Shown: positions 28,799 through 41,671 of the stretch, one piece after another
Numbering within the stretch: position 1 is the first letter of the stretch
Layout of the letters: every line of letters begins with the position of its first letter
Assembly (NCBI GenBank): GCA_050257045.1
Contig: JBLMWD010000093.1
Location: forward strand, 21,242 to 85,241
Length of the DNA stretch: 64,000 nucleotides
Reading direction: 5' to 3'
Source: Bacteroidota bacterium
Lineage (GTDB): Bacteria; Eisenbacteria; RBG-16-71-46; SZUA-252
Made by a program: the position numbers and the translations under genes
Notes under the pieces: generated by a model
Databases searched by the model: none
What the model was told of the DNA's origin: nothing
What the model saw: the letters and a program-made list of their open reading frames with translations, nothing else

Positions 28799-30268
28799 AT
28801 GATCGAAAAAGCTGCCGTCGATCTGTGGGAACGCGCACTCGGAACCATCCAGGACAGCATGTCGCCGCAAGCCTACGACACGTGGTTCCGGTCGCTCCGG
28901 CCGGTGGCGCTGAACGGCGCGCTCGTGTTGGAGGTTCCGAGCCAGTTCTACGTGGACTGGCTCGACCAGCACTACCGCGCGCTGATCGAGGCGTCGGTCG
29001 CGACCGCGGCCGGCGAAACGATCCGCGTCAAGTTCCAGGTTCGCGAAGAGGAGCCCGAGGCCCTTCTCGCCGCCGCTCCCGAGCTCGCGGTGAGCGGGGC
29101 CGGGATCGCGGGCTCCGGCGGCCCGCCCCCGTTCCGGTCGACCGCGATCGGATCGCCGGGCGCTTCCGACCCCGGCTGGAACATCGGGATCACGCCGAAC
29201 CGCCAAAGTGGAACGAGCGGATGGAGCGGACAGCTCCCGTCGCGTGACGAGAGCGCGCTCTTTCCGCTCAACACGTTCGAGACGTTCGTGGTCGGCAACG
29301 GCAATCAGTTCGCGCACGCCGTCTGCCAGGCCGTCGCGCAGAGCCCCGGGGAGCGCTACAACCCGCTCTTCCTCTACGGCGGCGTCGGCCTCGGGAAGAC
29401 GCACCTCATGCACGCGATCGGGCACTACGTCCGCGCGCAGCGCAAGCACGCGAAGGTCTTCTTCGTGTCCGCCGAGAAGTTCATGAACGAGATGATCTAC
29501 GCGATCCAGCACGCCACGACGCTCGAGTTCAAGGCGCGCTACCGCTCCGCGGATCTCCTCCTCATCGACGACATCCAGTTCCTCGAGGGGAAGGAATCGA
29601 CCCAGGAGGAGTTCTTCCACACGTTCAACGCCCTCCACGACCAGCACCGCCAGATCGTGCTCACGAGCGACGGGCCGCCGAACGCGATGACCGCGCTCGA
29701 GGAGCGGCTCGTCTCGCGCTTCTCCTGGGGCGTGGTGGCCGATCTCCAGCCGCCCGATCTCGAGACCCGCGTCGCCATCGTGAAGAAGAAGGCCGAGCTG
29801 AACGGCCGCGTCGTGCCGAACGAAATCGCGCTCCTCCTCGCGAGCAACATCAAGAACAACATCCGCGACCTCGAGGGCTCGCTCGCGCGTCTCCTCGCCT
29901 TCGCCGACCTCACCAACTCGGAGCTCACGGTCGATTTCGCGCAGGACGTGCTCCGCGATCAGATCAAGCCGGACCTCGCCCGGTTCGACGTGCACGACAT
30001 CCAGCGCGTCGTGGCGCGCCACTTCAACGTCACCGAGGAGTCGCTGCGCGGGAAGCGGCGCACCGACACGATCGCCTTCCCGCGGCAGATCGGCATGTAC
30101 ATCGCGCGGACGATCACCGACCTCTCGCTCGCCGACATCGGCGCGAAGTTCGGGGGGCGCGACCACACGACGGTTCTCCATGCCTGCCAGAAGATCGAGG
30201 CGCTCATCACCAGCGACCCCGAGATGCGCGGCGTGGTCGAGGAGTTGATGGCGCAGATCACCGCCTAA
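28799..30268 (+). CDS. dnaA: Chromosomal replication initiator protein DnaA
   Basis: Track ORF trimmed to ATG 28799 (MIEKAAVDLWERALGTIQDSMSPQAYDTWF...). It has an AAA+ core (LFLYGGVGLGKTHLMHAIG), the sensor motifs, and the C-terminal DNA-binding signature (GGRDHTTVLHACQKIE). Confidence 0.9.
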   Translation: MIEKAAVDLWERALGTIQDSMSPQAYDTWFRSLRPVALNGALVLEVPSQFYVDWLDQHYRALIEASVATAAGETIRVKFQVREEEPEALLAAAPELAVSGAGIAGSGGPPPFRSTAIGSPGASDPGWNIGITPNRQSGTSGWSGQLPSRDESALFPLNTFETFVVGNGNQFAHAVCQAVAQSPGERYNPLFLYGGVGLGKTHLMHAIGHYVRAQRKHAKVFFVSAEKFMNEMIYAIQHATTLEFKARYRSADLLLIDDIQFLEGKESTQEEFFHTFNALHDQHRQIVLTSDGPPNAMTALEERLVSRFSWGVVADLQPPDLETRVAIVKKKAELNGRVVPNEIALLLASNIKNNIRDLEGSLARLLAFADLTNSELTVDFAQDVLRDQIKPDLARFDVHDIQRVVARHFNVTEESLRGKRRTDTIAFPRQIGMYIARTITDLSLADIGAKFGGRDHTTVLHACQKIEALITSDPEMRGVVEELMAQITA

Positions 30269-30269
30269 A

Positions 30270-30750
30270 TCGGGCGGCTCACATCAGGCCGGTCATTGAA
30301 CGTGGTCTACCCGGAAGAGGCGTCGCGGATGCGGCGCCTCTTCTTTTTTCATTTGGGGAAAGGGTGTGGAAAACCCGGTGCCAGGACCCGGCCGGCGCCG
30401 TCCGGTGGGCGCCTGTGGATCGGCGGGAGCTTATCCCCAGCCCGGTACGAGCCGCCGCGCCGGCGGCAATGGTCGTGGATTTGGTTGGGGTACAAATACT
30501 TACCCTTTTCGGCCCTCTTCTCGTCCCCACCCTCCACCGCCCCTACAACCACTGCATCTATTCATGGAACCTATTCGTTCTTGGAGCAGCCGAACTCCGT
30601 GGAAAACCAGGCTCTTGAACGACCCTTTAGTGTTGTTCGAAACCCCTCGAAAACCTATAATTCGGAGTGACGACCAAGCCACCCCGACGCGACCGCAACC
30701 ACCAATACCTAAAGGGACTTAGACACATGACAATCGCACAGGACGTGGCC
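30270..30750. other. Candidate oriC: DnaA-box cluster plus AT-rich DNA unwinding element in the dnaA-dnaN spacer
   Basis: Four DnaA-box-like 9-mers occur at 30364..30372 (TGTGGAAAA), 30413..30421 (TGTGGATCG), 30430..30438 (TTATCCCCA) and 30473..30481 (CGTGGATTT). A markedly AT-richer tract follows at about 30480..30700, which is unusual in a 70% GC genome. The rpmH/dnaA gene-strand switch is 1.5 kb to the left. Confidence 0.6.
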
Positions 30751-31887
30751 ATGAAATGCTCCGTCGCCCAGACGGAGCTGTTGCAGGCGTTAGGCCTCAT
30801 CTCGAGCGCCGTTCCGAGCCGGACGACGCTCCCGGTGCTCTCCAACATCCTCGTGGAAGCGACCGGCGAAGGTTTGCAGATGACCGCCACCGACCTGGAC
30901 CTTTCGGTCACCACGCGTGCGATGGCGGACGTCAAGGCCGAGGCGGCTCTCACCGTCCCGGCGAAGAAGCTCTTCGAGCTCGTGCGGAAGCTGCCCAAGG
31001 AAGAGCTGAAGCTCGAATCGAAGGACCTCACGATGAACGTCGTGAGCAAGACGGGGCGTTTCAAGTTCCTGTGCATTCGTCCCGAGGAGTTTCCGGCCCG
31101 CGTCACGGTCGCGCCCGATACGGCGCTCACGGTGGACGCGAAGCAGCTCGAGCGGATGATTCGCCGCACGATCTACGCGGTCTCCACCGACGAGACGCGT
31201 CCCGCGCTGAACGGCGCGCTGCTCCAGATCGCCGAAGGGGAGATCCGGCTCGTCGCGACGGACGGCCATCGCCTCGCGCGCGCCACGCTGAAGCACCCGG
31301 GCGCGGTGAAGGGAGCGCTCAAGGGCGACGTGATCGTTCCATTGAAGGCCCTGCACCACATTCAGCGGCTCGTCACGGAGGGCGCGGATCCAGTGCACAT
31401 CGAATTGTCCAAGAATCACGCGCGCTTCACGGTCGGCCAGACGTCACTCACGACGAAGCTGATCGAGGGGCCGTTTCCGAACTATGAACAGGTGCTGCCC
31501 AAGAACAACAACAAGCATCTCCACGTGAAGACGGGAGACCTCGCCGCCTCCCTCGATCGCGTCTCCGTATTCTCGGACAGCCTCACGCGGCAGGTGAAGT
31601 TCTCGCTGGAACGCAACCGGCTGAGCCTCATCGTGCAGACACCCGACCAAGGCGAAGCCACCGAAGCGCTCGACGTGCGCTACGACGCCGAGGATCTCGA
31701 GATCGGCTACAACGCCGGCTACCTGCTCGACATCCTGCGAACGGTGGACGCGGAGGAGGTGATCATGCAGCTCAACACGCCTGTGACGGCCGGCCTCCTC
31801 GTGCCGGCGCCGCCGGCGGACGGAAAGGGAACTCCGGCCCTGGAAGGGCTCCTCTGCCTGGTCATGCCCCTCCGGCTGGCCGGCTGA
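30751..31887 (+). CDS. dnaN: DNA polymerase III beta sliding clamp
   Basis: Track ORF trimmed to ATG 30751 (MKCSVAQTELLQALGLISSAV...), the typical DnaN N-terminus. An alternative ATG lies at 30727. It has a three-domain clamp fold pattern and ends ...LCLVMPLRLAG. Confidence 0.9.
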   Translation: MKCSVAQTELLQALGLISSAVPSRTTLPVLSNILVEATGEGLQMTATDLDLSVTTRAMADVKAEAALTVPAKKLFELVRKLPKEELKLESKDLTMNVVSKTGRFKFLCIRPEEFPARVTVAPDTALTVDAKQLERMIRRTIYAVSTDETRPALNGALLQIAEGEIRLVATDGHRLARATLKHPGAVKGALKGDVIVPLKALHHIQRLVTEGADPVHIELSKNHARFTVGQTSLTTKLIEGPFPNYEQVLPKNNNKHLHVKTGDLAASLDRVSVFSDSLTRQVKFSLERNRLSLIVQTPDQGEATEALDVRYDAEDLEIGYNAGYLLDILRTVDAEEVIMQLNTPVTAGLLVPAPPADGKGTPALEGLLCLVMPLRLAG

Positions 31888-31888
31888 C

Positions 31889-32973
31889 GTGCGGCTCCAG
31901 AGCCTCGAGCTCCGCAATTTCCGAAATCACCGCGAGGCGAGGACCCCGGTCGGGGACGGCAGCACGCTCATCCTCGGTCCGAACGGCTCCGGCAAGACGA
32001 ACTGGATCGAGGCCGCCGTGCTCCTTTCCCTGGGGCGCTCGTTCCGCGGCGCGCGGGACCGGGAGCTGATCCGCAACGGCGCCGACGCGTTCGAGATTCG
32101 CGGCGTCGTGCTCGGGCGCGGCGGCGTGCGGCGCGAGCTGATCGCCCGCGGCTCGCGCGAGGGGACGCGGGAGGTGCGCGTGGACGGAGAGGCTCTGCCC
32201 CGGCTCACGGACCTGCTCGGGCGGTTCCCGACGGTTCACTTCTCCGTGGACGACGTCTCGGTCTTCGGCGGCGGCGTCCCCGAGCGGCGCCGATTCCTCG
32301 ACGTGGCGCTCTGCCAGCTCGAGCCCGCGTACGTGGGCTCGCTCCGCGACTACACGGCGGCGCTGAAGCAGCGGAACCGGCTGCTCACGCAGAGCGGACG
32401 GTCTCCGGTGCCCGACGAGGAGTTCCGGGTCTGGGAGACGATCCTCGGCCGCGCGGGCGCCGAGCTCGACCGGCGGCGCGAGGGGCTCGCGCAGGATCTC
32501 CACGCGACGATGCGCGACCTCGCCGGGCGCGTGGACGAGGAGCTCGTGCCGCTCCTCGAGTACGTGAGCGCGGGGACCGGGACGCCCGAGGAGCGCGCCG
32601 CCCGGCTCGCCGCGATGCGCAGCCGTGACGCGCGGCTCGGATGGACGGCCGAGGGTCCCCACCGGGCCCGGCTCGTCTGCCGGATCCGCGGGATGGAGCT
32701 CGCCGAGGGCGCCTCGCGCGGCTACTCGCGGCTCTACTCGATCCTCCTGCGGCTCGCGCTCGCGCGGGTGCTCGAGGAGCGGCTCGACGAGGCCCCGGTC
32801 GTCCTGCTCGACGATCCCGAGTCGGAGCTCGACGCGCGCTGGATCGGACCGATCCTGGCGCTCGTTCCCGAGTCGAGCCAGCTGATCGTGACGGCATGCC
32901 GCGCGCTCACGTCGACGCCCGCGCGCGTAGCGTCGCTCCCGATCGAGTCGCTCGCCGCGTTTGCGGGGGCGGC

Positions 32974-32977
<4 letters not shown>
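31889..32977 (+). CDS. recF: DNA replication and repair protein RecF
   Basis: Track ORF of 362 aa with a GTG start 1 nt after the dnaN stop. It has Walker A GPNGSGKTN and an SMC-like signature. Confidence 0.9.
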
Positions 32978-35296
<2,319 letters not shown>

Positions 35297-35364
35297 TCCG
35301 CTTTCGGACCGCCCGGCCGCGCGTCTGAGCGCCGGAAGGTCCTCACGGAGGGAGAACCGAACGC

Positions 35365-37803
35365 ATGGCCATGCGTGAGAAGGTGATTCCGATCTACGTC
35401 GAAGACGAGATGCGGAACTCGTACATCGACTACTCGATGTCGGTCATCGTGTCGCGCGCGCTGCCCGACGTGCGGGACGGGCTGAAGCCCGTGCACCGCC
35501 GGGTGCTGATCGCGATGCGCGAGCTGAACCTCCTCCACGACCGGCCCTTCCGGAAATCCGCGAAGATCACCGGCGACGTGACCGGCAACTACCACCCGCA
35601 CGGCACCGTGGCCGTCTACGAGACGATGGTCCGTCTCGCCCAGCCCTTCTCGATGCGCTACCCGCTCGTGGACGGCCAGGGGAATTTCGGCTCGGTCGAC
35701 GGCGACGCCCCGGCGGCGGAGCGGTACACGGAGGCGCGCCTCACCGAGTTCGCGGAGGAGATGCTCCGCGACATCGAGAAGGACACGGTCGACACGCGCC
35801 CGAACTACGACGAGTCGCGCGAGGAGCCGGTCGTCCTCCCGTCGGCGGTCCCGAACCTGCTCGTGAACGGCTCGTCGGGGATCGCGGTCGGGATGGCGAC
35901 CAACGTTCCGCCGCACAACCTGCGCGAGATCGTCGACGCCACCGTCCACGTGATCGACAACCCCGACTGCGCGATCGAGGACCTGCTGCGGATCGTGCAG
36001 GGGCCCGACTTCCCGACCGCGGGCATCATCTACGGCCGCCAGGGGATCCTCGACTGCTACACCACGGGGCGCGGGCACATCACGGTCCGCTCGGCCGCGA
36101 CGATCGAGGAGTACAAGAAGGACCGCGAAGCGATCATCGTCACCGAGATCCCCTACATGGTGAGCAAGTCGGCCCTCCTCGAGAAAATCGCCGACCTCGT
36201 GAAGGACGGCACCCTCGACGGGATCTCCGACCTGCGCGACGAGTCCGACCGCGAAGGGATGCGGATCGTGATCGAGCTGAAGCGCGACGCCACCGCGCGC
36301 GTGATCCTGAACCAGCTCTTCAAGCACACGCAGATGCAGACCACCTTCGGCGCGAACATGCTGGCCCTGGTCGGGAACCGACCGCAGACGCTCACGCTGA
36401 AGGAGATGATCCAGCACTACATCGCGCACCGGCAGGAGGTGGTGGTGCGGCGGACCCGCTTCGACCTGAACGAGGCGGAGAAGCGGGCGCACATCCTCGA
36501 GGGCTTCAAGATCGCCCTCGACCACATCGACGAGATCGTGGCCCTGATCAAGGCGTCGGCCAACGTGGAGGCGGCGCGCCAGGGGCTCATGGCGACTTTC
36601 GGGCTGTCCGAGATCCAGGCGAACGCGATCCTCGAGATGCGCCTCTCGCGTCTCACCGGCCTCGAGCGTCAGAAGATCGAGGACGAGTACCTCGAGGTGA
36701 TCCAGCTCATCGAGCGCCTCCGCGCGATCCTCGAGAGCCCGGCCAAGGTGCTCGGGCTCATCAAGGACGAGCTGAGCCAGGTGAAGGAGAAGTTCGGCGA
36801 CGAGCGCCGCACGCGCATCGAGTCGGCCACCGGCGAGTTCGGGGTGGAGGATCTGATCGCCGAGGAGGACATGGTGATCACGATCAGCCACGCCGGCTAC
36901 ATCAAGCGCCTCCCGGTGACGACCTACCGGAGCCAGCGGCGCGGCGGGCGCGGCATCACCGGCGCGGGGACGAAGGAAGAGGACTTCATCCAGCACCTCT
37001 TCATCGCCTCGACGCACAGCTACATCCTCGTCTTCACCGACAAGGGGCGCGTCCACTGGCTCAAGGTGCACGAGATCCCGCAGGCCGGCCGCACCGCGAA
37101 GGGGAAGGCGGTCGTCAACCTGGTCGAGATGTCGCAGCGCGAGCGGGTGGCCGCCGTCCTCCCGGTGAAGCAGTTCGACGACAAGCACTTCATCCTGATG
37201 ACCACGGCGCGCGGCGTGGTGAAGAAGACGCCGCTCTCGGCCTACTCGAACCCGCGCCGCGGCGGCATCGTGGGGATCGGCGTGGACGGCGAGGACACGC
37301 TCATCGACGCCGTGCTCACCGACGGAACGCAGGAGATCATCCTCTCCAAGAAGGACGGGAAGGCGATCCGCTTCAAGGAGACCGACGTCCGCCCGATGGG
37401 GCGCACGGCGCACGGCGTCCGGGGCGTGACGATCGAGGGGGACGACGCGGTGATCGGCGTGATCGCGGTGCGTCGCGAGGCCTCGCTCCTCGTCGTGACC
37501 GAGAACGGCTACGGGAAGCGCAGCCCGGTCAGCGAGTACCGCATCACGGGCCGCGGCGGGAAGGGGATCATCTCCATCCAGACGAACGATCGGAACGGGC
37601 GCGTGGTCGCGGCGCTCGAGGTCCTGCCCGACGACGAAGTGATGCTGATCACGCGCGGCGGGATGGTGATCCGCACGCAGGTCGCGGGGATCTCCGAGAT
37701 CGGGCGGAACACGCAAGGGGTGCGCCTCATCAATCTGGAGCCGGGGGATCAGCTCATCGACGTGGCCAAGGTGGAAGAGTCGGAAGAAGGCGAGGAGGCG
37801 TAG
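35365..37803 (+). CDS. gyrA: DNA gyrase subunit A
   Basis: Track ORF of 812 aa with the active-site region AMRYTE-like (RYTEARL), the QRDR-type segment [12 protein letters not shown] and C-terminal beta-pinwheel repeats. It ends in an acidic EEGEEA tail. Confidence 0.95.
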   Translation: MAMREKVIPIYVEDEMRNSYIDYSMSVIVSRALPDVRDGLKPVHRRVLIAMRELNLLHDRPFRKSAKITGDVTGNYHPHGTVAVYETMVRLAQPFSMRYPLVDGQGNFGSVDGDAPAAERYTEARLTEFAEEMLRDIEKDTVDTRPNYDESREEPVVLPSAVPNLLVNGSSGIAVGMATNVPPHNLREIVDATVHVIDNPDCAIEDLLRIVQGPDFPTAGIIYGRQGILDCYTTGRGHITVRSAATIEEYKKDREAIIVTEIPYMVSKSALLEKIADLVKDGTLDGISDLRDESDREGMRIVIELKRDATARVILNQLFKHTQMQTTFGANMLALVGNRPQTLTLKEMIQHYIAHRQEVVVRRTRFDLNEAEKRAHILEGFKIALDHIDEIVALIKASANVEAARQGLMATFGLSEIQANAILEMRLSRLTGLERQKIEDEYLEVIQLIERLRAILESPAKVLGLIKDELSQVKEKFGDERRTRIESATGEFGVEDLIAEEDMVITISHAGYIKRLPVTTYRSQRRGGRGITGAGTKEEDFIQHLFIASTHSYILVFTDKGRVHWLKVHEIPQAGRTAKGKAVVNLVEMSQRERVAAVLPVKQFDDKHFILMTTARGVVKKTPLSAYSNPRRGGIVGIGVDGEDTLIDAVLTDGTQEIILSKKDGKAIRFKETDVRPMGRTAHGVRGVTIEGDDAVIGVIAVRREASLLVVTENGYGKRSPVSEYRITGRGGKGIISIQTNDRNGRVVAALEVLPDDEVMLITRGGMVIRTQVAGISEIGRNTQGVRLINLEPGDQLIDVAKVEESEEGEEA

Positions 37804-37804
37804 G

Positions 37805-38476
37805 CTGGATCCACGCATCCCGACGTCGACCGTCCGGCGTCTCTCGTCGTATTACCGCGTCCTCGAGGAGCTCGAGACCGAGGGGCAGCGGACCGTCTCC
37901 TCGCAGGGGCTCGCGCGCGAGAGCGGGGTGACCCCCGCCCAGGTCCGGAAGGACCTCTCCTACTTCGGGAACTTCGGGAAGCGAGGCCTGGGCTACGGCG
38001 TCGCGCGCCTGAAGAAGGAGATCCGCCTCATCCTGGGGCTGAACCGCCGGTGGCGCGTCGCCCTGGTCGGCGCCGGGAACATGGGTTCGGCCCTCTTCTC
38101 GTACAAGGAATTCCACCGCCAGGGCTTCGACTTCGTCGCGGTCTTCGATGTGAGCTCCGACCGCGTGGGGCAGGTGTGGCGCGACCTCACCGTCCGCCAT
38201 CTCGACGACCTCGAGGCCGAGACGCTCCGCCTCGGGATCGAGATCGGCGTGATCGCCGTCCCCGCGCGCTCGGCGCAGAGCGTGGCCGACCGGCTCGTGT
38301 CGGCGGGGATGCGCGGCATCCTCAACTTCGCCCACCGCCGCATCCAGGTCGCGCCCGAGACCGCGCTCCGCACCGTGAACCTCTCCATCGACCTGGAGAG
38401 CCTCGCCTTCGAGATCAAGGCGCTCCACGTGAAGGGCACGCGCACGCGCCGCCGCCGCCGCGCCGCGGGGCTCTGA
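37805..38476 (+). CDS. rex: Redox-sensing transcriptional repressor Rex, apparently initiating at a non-canonical CTG
   Basis: The track ORF (GTG 37928) begins inside the conserved Rex winged-helix. The same frame is open upstream to 37670 and encodes LDPRIPTSTVRRLSSYYRVLEELETEGQRTVSSQGLARESGVTPAQVRKDLSYFGNFGKRGLGYGV, the canonical Rex N-terminus. This stretch contains no ATG/GTG/TTG. CTG 37805 lies 6 nt after a perfect GAGGAGG SD and 2 nt after the gyrA stop. A Rossmann domain LVGAGNMGSAL follows. Confidence 0.65.
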   Translation: MDPRIPTSTVRRLSSYYRVLEELETEGQRTVSSQGLARESGVTPAQVRKDLSYFGNFGKRGLGYGVARLKKEIRLILGLNRRWRVALVGAGNMGSALFSYKEFHRQGFDFVAVFDVSSDRVGQVWRDLTVRHLDDLEAETLRLGIEIGVIAVPARSAQSVADRLVSAGMRGILNFAHRRIQVAPETALRTVNLSIDLESLAFEIKALHVKGTRTRRRRRAAGL

Positions 38477-38518
38477 TCGCGGGCCGAAGCCGCCCGTGAA
38501 GCCGCCGCGCGACCCATC

Positions 38519-39439
38519 GTGAGCCGCGCGGACCTCGCCCTCCTCCTCATCTGCGCGATCTGGGGGACCACGTTCGCGCTCCTGCGCGAGGCGCTGCGCG
38601 TCCTCACCCCCGCCGAGCTGATCGCCCTCCGATTCACGATGGCCACGATCGTGCTCGCCCTGGCCTCGGCGCGGCACTTTCGGGGCTTCCGGCTCTCGTG
38701 GCTCAAGGACGGGCTCTGGATCGGTGTCTGGCTCGCGATCGGATACCTCACGCAGGCGATCGGGCTCCGCACGGTGCCCCCCTCCCGCTCGGCCTTCATC
38801 ACGTCCATGAGCATCGCCTTCGTCCCGTTCATCGCGTTCGCGCTGCTGCGCACGCCGCCGGTCCTGGGCGAATCCGTGGGCGTGGCGCTCGCGGTGGCGG
38901 GGCTCGTCCTCTTCTCGTCGGATGCCGGCTTCTCCCTGCGCGGGGGCGAGCTCTGGACCCTCCTGGGGGCCGCGGCGTTCGCGATGCAGATCGTCACGAC
39001 CCACGTCGCCGGGAAGCGGAGCCCGCCCCTGCCGATCTCGGTGATCCAGACGGCGGCGGGCGCGGCGGCGGGCTGGACGCTCGTGCTCGCGGCGGGCGGG
39101 ATGCGGGCCGAGCCGCGCGCGATCCCCTGGGGCATCCTCCTCTACCTCGCCGTCGCCGCGACGGCCTTCATCATCGTGCTCCAGACCTGGGCGCTCGCGC
39201 GCACGTCGTCGGTGAAGGCGGGGGTGCTCTACGCGACCGAGCCGATCTTCGCGGCCATCTTCGCGATCTCGTTCTTCGGCGATCGGATGACGCCGCGGGA
39301 GGTGGCGGGCGCGGCGCTCATCCTCGCCGGCGTCGTGGCGAGCGAGCTCTGGCGGCCGCTGCGCGCGCGATGGGAGGCGCGGCGCCTCAGCGAGGCGACG
39401 GCCGGGCCGGGCTCCCCGGAAGAGCGCGGGCGAACATGA
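38519..39439 (+). CDS. EamA/DMT family transporter (drug/metabolite exporter)
   Basis: Track ORF of 306 aa with a GTG start. It is 10-TM hydrophobic with two EamA-like repeats. Confidence 0.75.
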   Translation: MSRADLALLLICAIWGTTFALLREALRVLTPAELIALRFTMATIVLALASARHFRGFRLSWLKDGLWIGVWLAIGYLTQAIGLRTVPPSRSAFITSMSIAFVPFIAFALLRTPPVLGESVGVALAVAGLVLFSSDAGFSLRGGELWTLLGAAAFAMQIVTTHVAGKRSPPLPISVIQTAAGAAAGWTLVLAAGGMRAEPRAIPWGILLYLAVAATAFIIVLQTWALARTSSVKAGVLYATEPIFAAIFAISFFGDRMTPREVAGAALILAGVVASELWRPLRARWEARRLSEATAGPGSPEERGRT

Positions 39440-40205
39440 GGAACGCCTCCTCCGCGGCCCGCGCGATGGGAGGCGCGTCCGGGTAGCCCAGGTCGCGCGG
39501 CGAGTCGCTCGGGCCGGGCGTCGGGAATCCGCCCCTCCCGGGCCGGAACTCGCCCGGACGCTCCGGCTGCGTTCGCTGCGGCGGGAGCGAATCGGGGTTC
39601 AGGGTGTCGGCGGACGCCGGACGGGTGCTCGGCGCCGCGTCGGTGGACCCGAGGAACTTGGCCTGGTAGACGACCGCGCGCGTCGCGAGGTCGTAGACGG
39701 TCGTCTCGACCCGCACGTCGCGCCCGGTGACGCGGACCGCGGTCTCGCGGGAGCCGGTGGCGTCGCTGGGCGGGATGTCGCGCGTGCCGTACCGGATCCG
39801 AAGCTCGGTGACGCGCGCGATGACGCCGTAGCGCGCGAGCGGCCGGGCCGCTTCCGCCGCGCGGGCGAGCCAGACCGCGTCGGGGTCGCCGCGGAGCTGG
39901 TAGCCGAGGAGGAAGAGCCGCTTCGCCGAGTCGGGGAGGGCGGCGCCCGCGCGGTCGGACGTCACGAGCGGGATGTCGCGCCGCGCTCCCGTGAGCACGC
40001 GCTCGAGCGCGTCGATGAGCGGAGGGCGCGCCTGCGGCACCTCGTCCACCTGGACCACGCCGAGCACGGCGAGCCCGCCCTTCTGGAGCGAGGCGGCCGT
40101 AAAGCCGGGGTCCTCGCGCACGAGCGTCGACTCCGAGGCGCATCCGGCCAGGTGGGCGGCCGCGATGCAGGCCGCCGCAAGGGGGGCCAGGGCCGCGGCC
40201 CTCAT
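39387..40205 (-). CDS. Hypothetical lipoprotein
   Basis: This is the C-terminal 272 aa of track ORF 39387..40943. The start is ATG 40205 (MRAAALAPLAAACIAAAHLAGC, lipobox LAGC), and it overlaps the upstream aminotransferase stop as ATGA. The N-terminal part of the track ORF is antisense to the aminotransferase gene. Confidence 0.6.
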   Translation of the reverse strand: MRAAALAPLAAACIAAAHLAGCASESTLVREDPGFTAASLQKGGLAVLGVVQVDEVPQARPPLIDALERVLTGARRDIPLVTSDRAGAALPDSAKRLFLLGYQLRGDPDAVWLARAAEAARPLARYGVIARVTELRIRYGTRDIPPSDATGSRETAVRVTGRDVRVETTVYDLATRAVVYQAKFLGSTDAAPSTRPASADTLNPDSLPPQRTQPERPGEFRPGRGGFPTPGPSDSPRDLGYPDAPPIARAAEEAFLMFARALPGSPARPSPR

Positions 40206-41608
40206 CGGTCCTCCCACTCCTCGACCCACGGACGTCCGCCTCCGGCCGGCGCCGCGGCCTCGATCGCCTCCCCCAGCGCGGCGGCGATCGTTGAGAGCTC
40301 CTCGGCGCCCGTGACGAGCGGCGGCGCGACGAGAATCGCGTCCCCGAGCCGTCCCGGGAGGAACCCCGCCGAGGCATGCACGAGGACGCCGCGCGCCCGG
40401 CAGCCGGCCGCAACCTCGCGCGCGACCTGCCGCGCCCTCGGGAAGGGTGCCCGCGTCCCGCCGCGCCCGTCTTCCGAGGGACCCGCGGCCAGCTCGACGC
40501 CCCAGAGGAGCCCCAGCCCGCGCACGTCGTAGACCGCCTCCCGTTCCCGGAGCGGCTCGAGGGCGCGCGCCGCCTCGGATTCGAGCGATCGCGCGCGCTC
40601 GAAGATCGACTCGTTCCGGTAGGCCTCGAGCGCGCGGAGCCCGACGGCGCACCCGATCGGGCTCTCCCCGAACGTCTGCACGTGACGGAACGGCTCCAGT
40701 CCCGAGTCGAGGGCTTCCGCGACGCGTCTCGAGACGAGCACGCCGGCGAGAGGGAAGAACCCCGCGCTCGCTCCCTTGCCGAAGACGACGAGATCGGGGA
40801 CGGGCGGCTCGGCGGCGCCGTCGCGCGACGCCAGGCGCGGCCACGCGAAGAGATCTCCGGTCCGGCCGAACCCGGTGAGCGTCTCGTCGGCGATCCAGAG
40901 CGCCCCCGTTTCGTCGCAGCGCGCGCGCACGCGGGCGCACCACCCTTCAGGAGGAGCCGCCGCCGCGAGCCCCGCGGCCGGGACGCTCTCCGCGATGAGC
41001 GCGGCCGCCTCCTCCGCCCGCTCGAGCGCCGCGTCGGCGCAGGCGAGTCCGCAGGAAGGATGGGTGAGCCCGCGGAAGCAGCGGACGCAGTGGGCGGCCG
41101 GGCCGAACGCCCCTTCGCCGAGCCAGGTCTCGAACGGAGCGCGGCGCTCGGGCAGCCCCGTCGCGGCCAGCGCGCCGAGGGTCGCGCCGTGGAAATGTCC
41201 GGAGAGCGAGAGGATCGCGCGGCGCCGGATCGATCCGTTCGCGCGCTGCCACCACCAGGCCGCCTGGATCGCCGTCTCGACCGCCTCGCTCCCCGACGAG
41301 GTGAGGAGCACGCGCGCGAAGGGGGCTCCCGCCGCCTCGAGGAGCGCCGCCCGATAGCGCTCGGCCTCCTCCGAATCGAAGACCGAGGGGCGCGCGTGGG
41401 GAAGGCGGGAGGCGGATTGGGCCATCGCGCCGGCGAGATCGGGGCGCGTGTAGCCGAGCTGCATGCAGAAGGCGCCGGAGGTGGCGTCGAGGTAGCGGCG
41501 CCCGGCGGAGTCCTGGACGTAGAGCCCCTCGGCCCGGGTCAGCACGGGGCGCTGAGGAAGCGGCGTGGTCACGCCGGCGAGCATACCGCGAAACGGCGCG
41601 GGCGCCAC
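40202..41608 (-). CDS. Class III pyridoxal-phosphate-dependent aminotransferase
   Basis: Track ORF of 468 aa with the aminotransferase class-III fold pattern (TSSGSEAVETAI, DETLTGFGRTG, VVFGKGASAGFFPL with a PLP lysine candidate). Confidence 0.8.
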   Translation of the reverse strand: MAPAPFRGMLAGVTTPLPQRPVLTRAEGLYVQDSAGRRYLDATSGAFCMQLGYTRPDLAGAMAQSASRLPHARPSVFDSEEAERYRAALLEAAGAPFARVLLTSSGSEAVETAIQAAWWWQRANGSIRRRAILSLSGHFHGATLGALAATGLPERRAPFETWLGEGAFGPAAHCVRCFRGLTHPSCGLACADAALERAEEAAALIAESVPAAGLAAAAPPEGWCARVRARCDETGALWIADETLTGFGRTGDLFAWPRLASRDGAAEPPVPDLVVFGKGASAGFFPLAGVLVSRRVAEALDSGLEPFRHVQTFGESPIGCAVGLRALEAYRNESIFERARSLESEAARALEPLREREAVYDVRGLGLLWGVELAAGPSEDGRGGTRAPFPRARQVAREVAAGCRARGVLVHASAGFLPGRLGDAILVAPPLVTGAEELSTIAAALGEAIEAAAPAGGGRPWVEEWEDR

Positions 41609-41671
41609 GGGCGCGGAGCTGGAAGGGAGCGGATGGCGCGCCGGAGGGCGCGCGAGGGGCTGGGAGCGGCG

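Noticed and set aside
30279-30722. Short ORFs inside the dnaA-dnaN spacer
   Set aside because: They have low GC3, overlap DnaA boxes and the AT-rich tract, and the region is interpreted as oriC.
39229-40943. Track ORFs 39229..40413 and the N-terminal 246 codons of 39387..40943
   Set aside because: These are antisense or out-of-frame to the aminotransferase gene. Only the C-terminal lipoprotein part (from ATG 40205 with lipobox) is credible.
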